A DNA stretch of 62,464 nt, the filler included, from Dugesia japonica (lineage: Eukaryota): assembly GCA_001938525.1 (NCBI GenBank). It is 6 parts of 6 records of this genome, joined end to end, with 100 filler letters (N's around TTAATTAATTAA, not from the genome) between each part and the next. Parts side by side here need not be neighbours in the genome. Positions count along the whole stretch, not along the records: positions 53,467 to 62,464 come from MQRL01467074.1; 5 more parts are not named here. The stretch is one strand, 5' to 3'. Numbering within the stretch: position 1 is the stretch's first letter; the number at the start of each line of letters is the position of its first letter. Below are positions 61,905-62,464 of the stretch, piece by piece. A program made the position numbers and the translations under genes. The notes beneath the pieces were generated by a model that saw nothing but the letters and a program-made list of their open reading frames with translations, was not told where the DNA came from and did no database searches.

Positions 61905-62464
61905 TTATCATAATTCAGTTCTTTTAAAAAAAATTAGTTTTGGAGAACCTGCTTTAGATGATTGGTGACCACCCTTTGATGAAGTTGTGAGTATTGTGAG
62001 TAACTACCACAGGCTGTAGGACAGTAATTTCTTTTTACTGGCTTCGGCCATATCGCATCATATTGAATAAATGACTGATTTCAATTATGTCTCTTATAAC
62101 AGAGACTATCAAATTTTCATTCCATCGAACGATGCATAACACATCTTCACCGCATGATGCACATTAAAAAGTATCAAATTACATTAAGTTTTTGTTCACA
62201 ATGTTTATCAATTTCATTATCTTCGAAAATTTGCCATCTTTATTCAAATTCGTATTACATGAGTGTATGAAACGTTTTATTTTTTTGAAGTTGGACACTG
62301 CCAAAGGTTCGCTAGGGCACCATTAAATTTATCGCTAGTATTTCGCATGATAACTGAGAAATTTTTAATGACTTTTTGTTTATCTATAAGATCTGTACTA
62401 GTAAAAAGAAACAACAAAAATTAATTTAAAATACTCTTTCTAATATAATTTGAACAGTCATAAC

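Noticed and set aside
1-62464. tRNA, rRNA or prokaryotic operon/defence system
   Set aside because: No cloverleaf or rRNA signature seen by eye (a covariance-model scan could still find small RNAs); spliceosomal introns and animal genes show the DNA is eukaryotic.

Overview
This is eukaryotic DNA from a very AT-rich animal genome with short GT-AG introns (about 40-75 nt); the species cannot be identified from the sequence. The window is not one locus. Five identical 100-bp spacers (44 N + TTAATTAATTAA + 44 N) join six separate pieces, so gene neighbourhood across spacers is uninformative. Recognisable host genes are an intronless class A GPCR (11046-11918, -), four internal exons of strumpellin/WASHC5 (47221-52701, +), the 3' half of Bicaudal-C (54760-60146, +) and two exons of an unidentified gene (43164-43453, +). 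The rest is mostly decayed transposons (Ty3/gypsy, four mariners, MULE, Merlin, hAT and other MITEs) and simple repeats. The main signal missed by the ORF track is a Penelope-like element family whose terminal repeat carries a 35-nt minimal hammerhead ribozyme (consensus AAUUC-CUGACGA-A-GAC-AAR-GUC-GAAA-UAUC-GAAUU). It occurs five times. One pair flanks a GIY-YIG endonuclease fragment in a strumpellin intron. Another pair forms a ~290-bp ORF-less inverted element with a 12-bp target-site duplication in a Bicaudal-C intron. Minimal hammerheads in Penelope-like elements are a known class; this family and its fold-back intronic derivatives are what merit follow-up.
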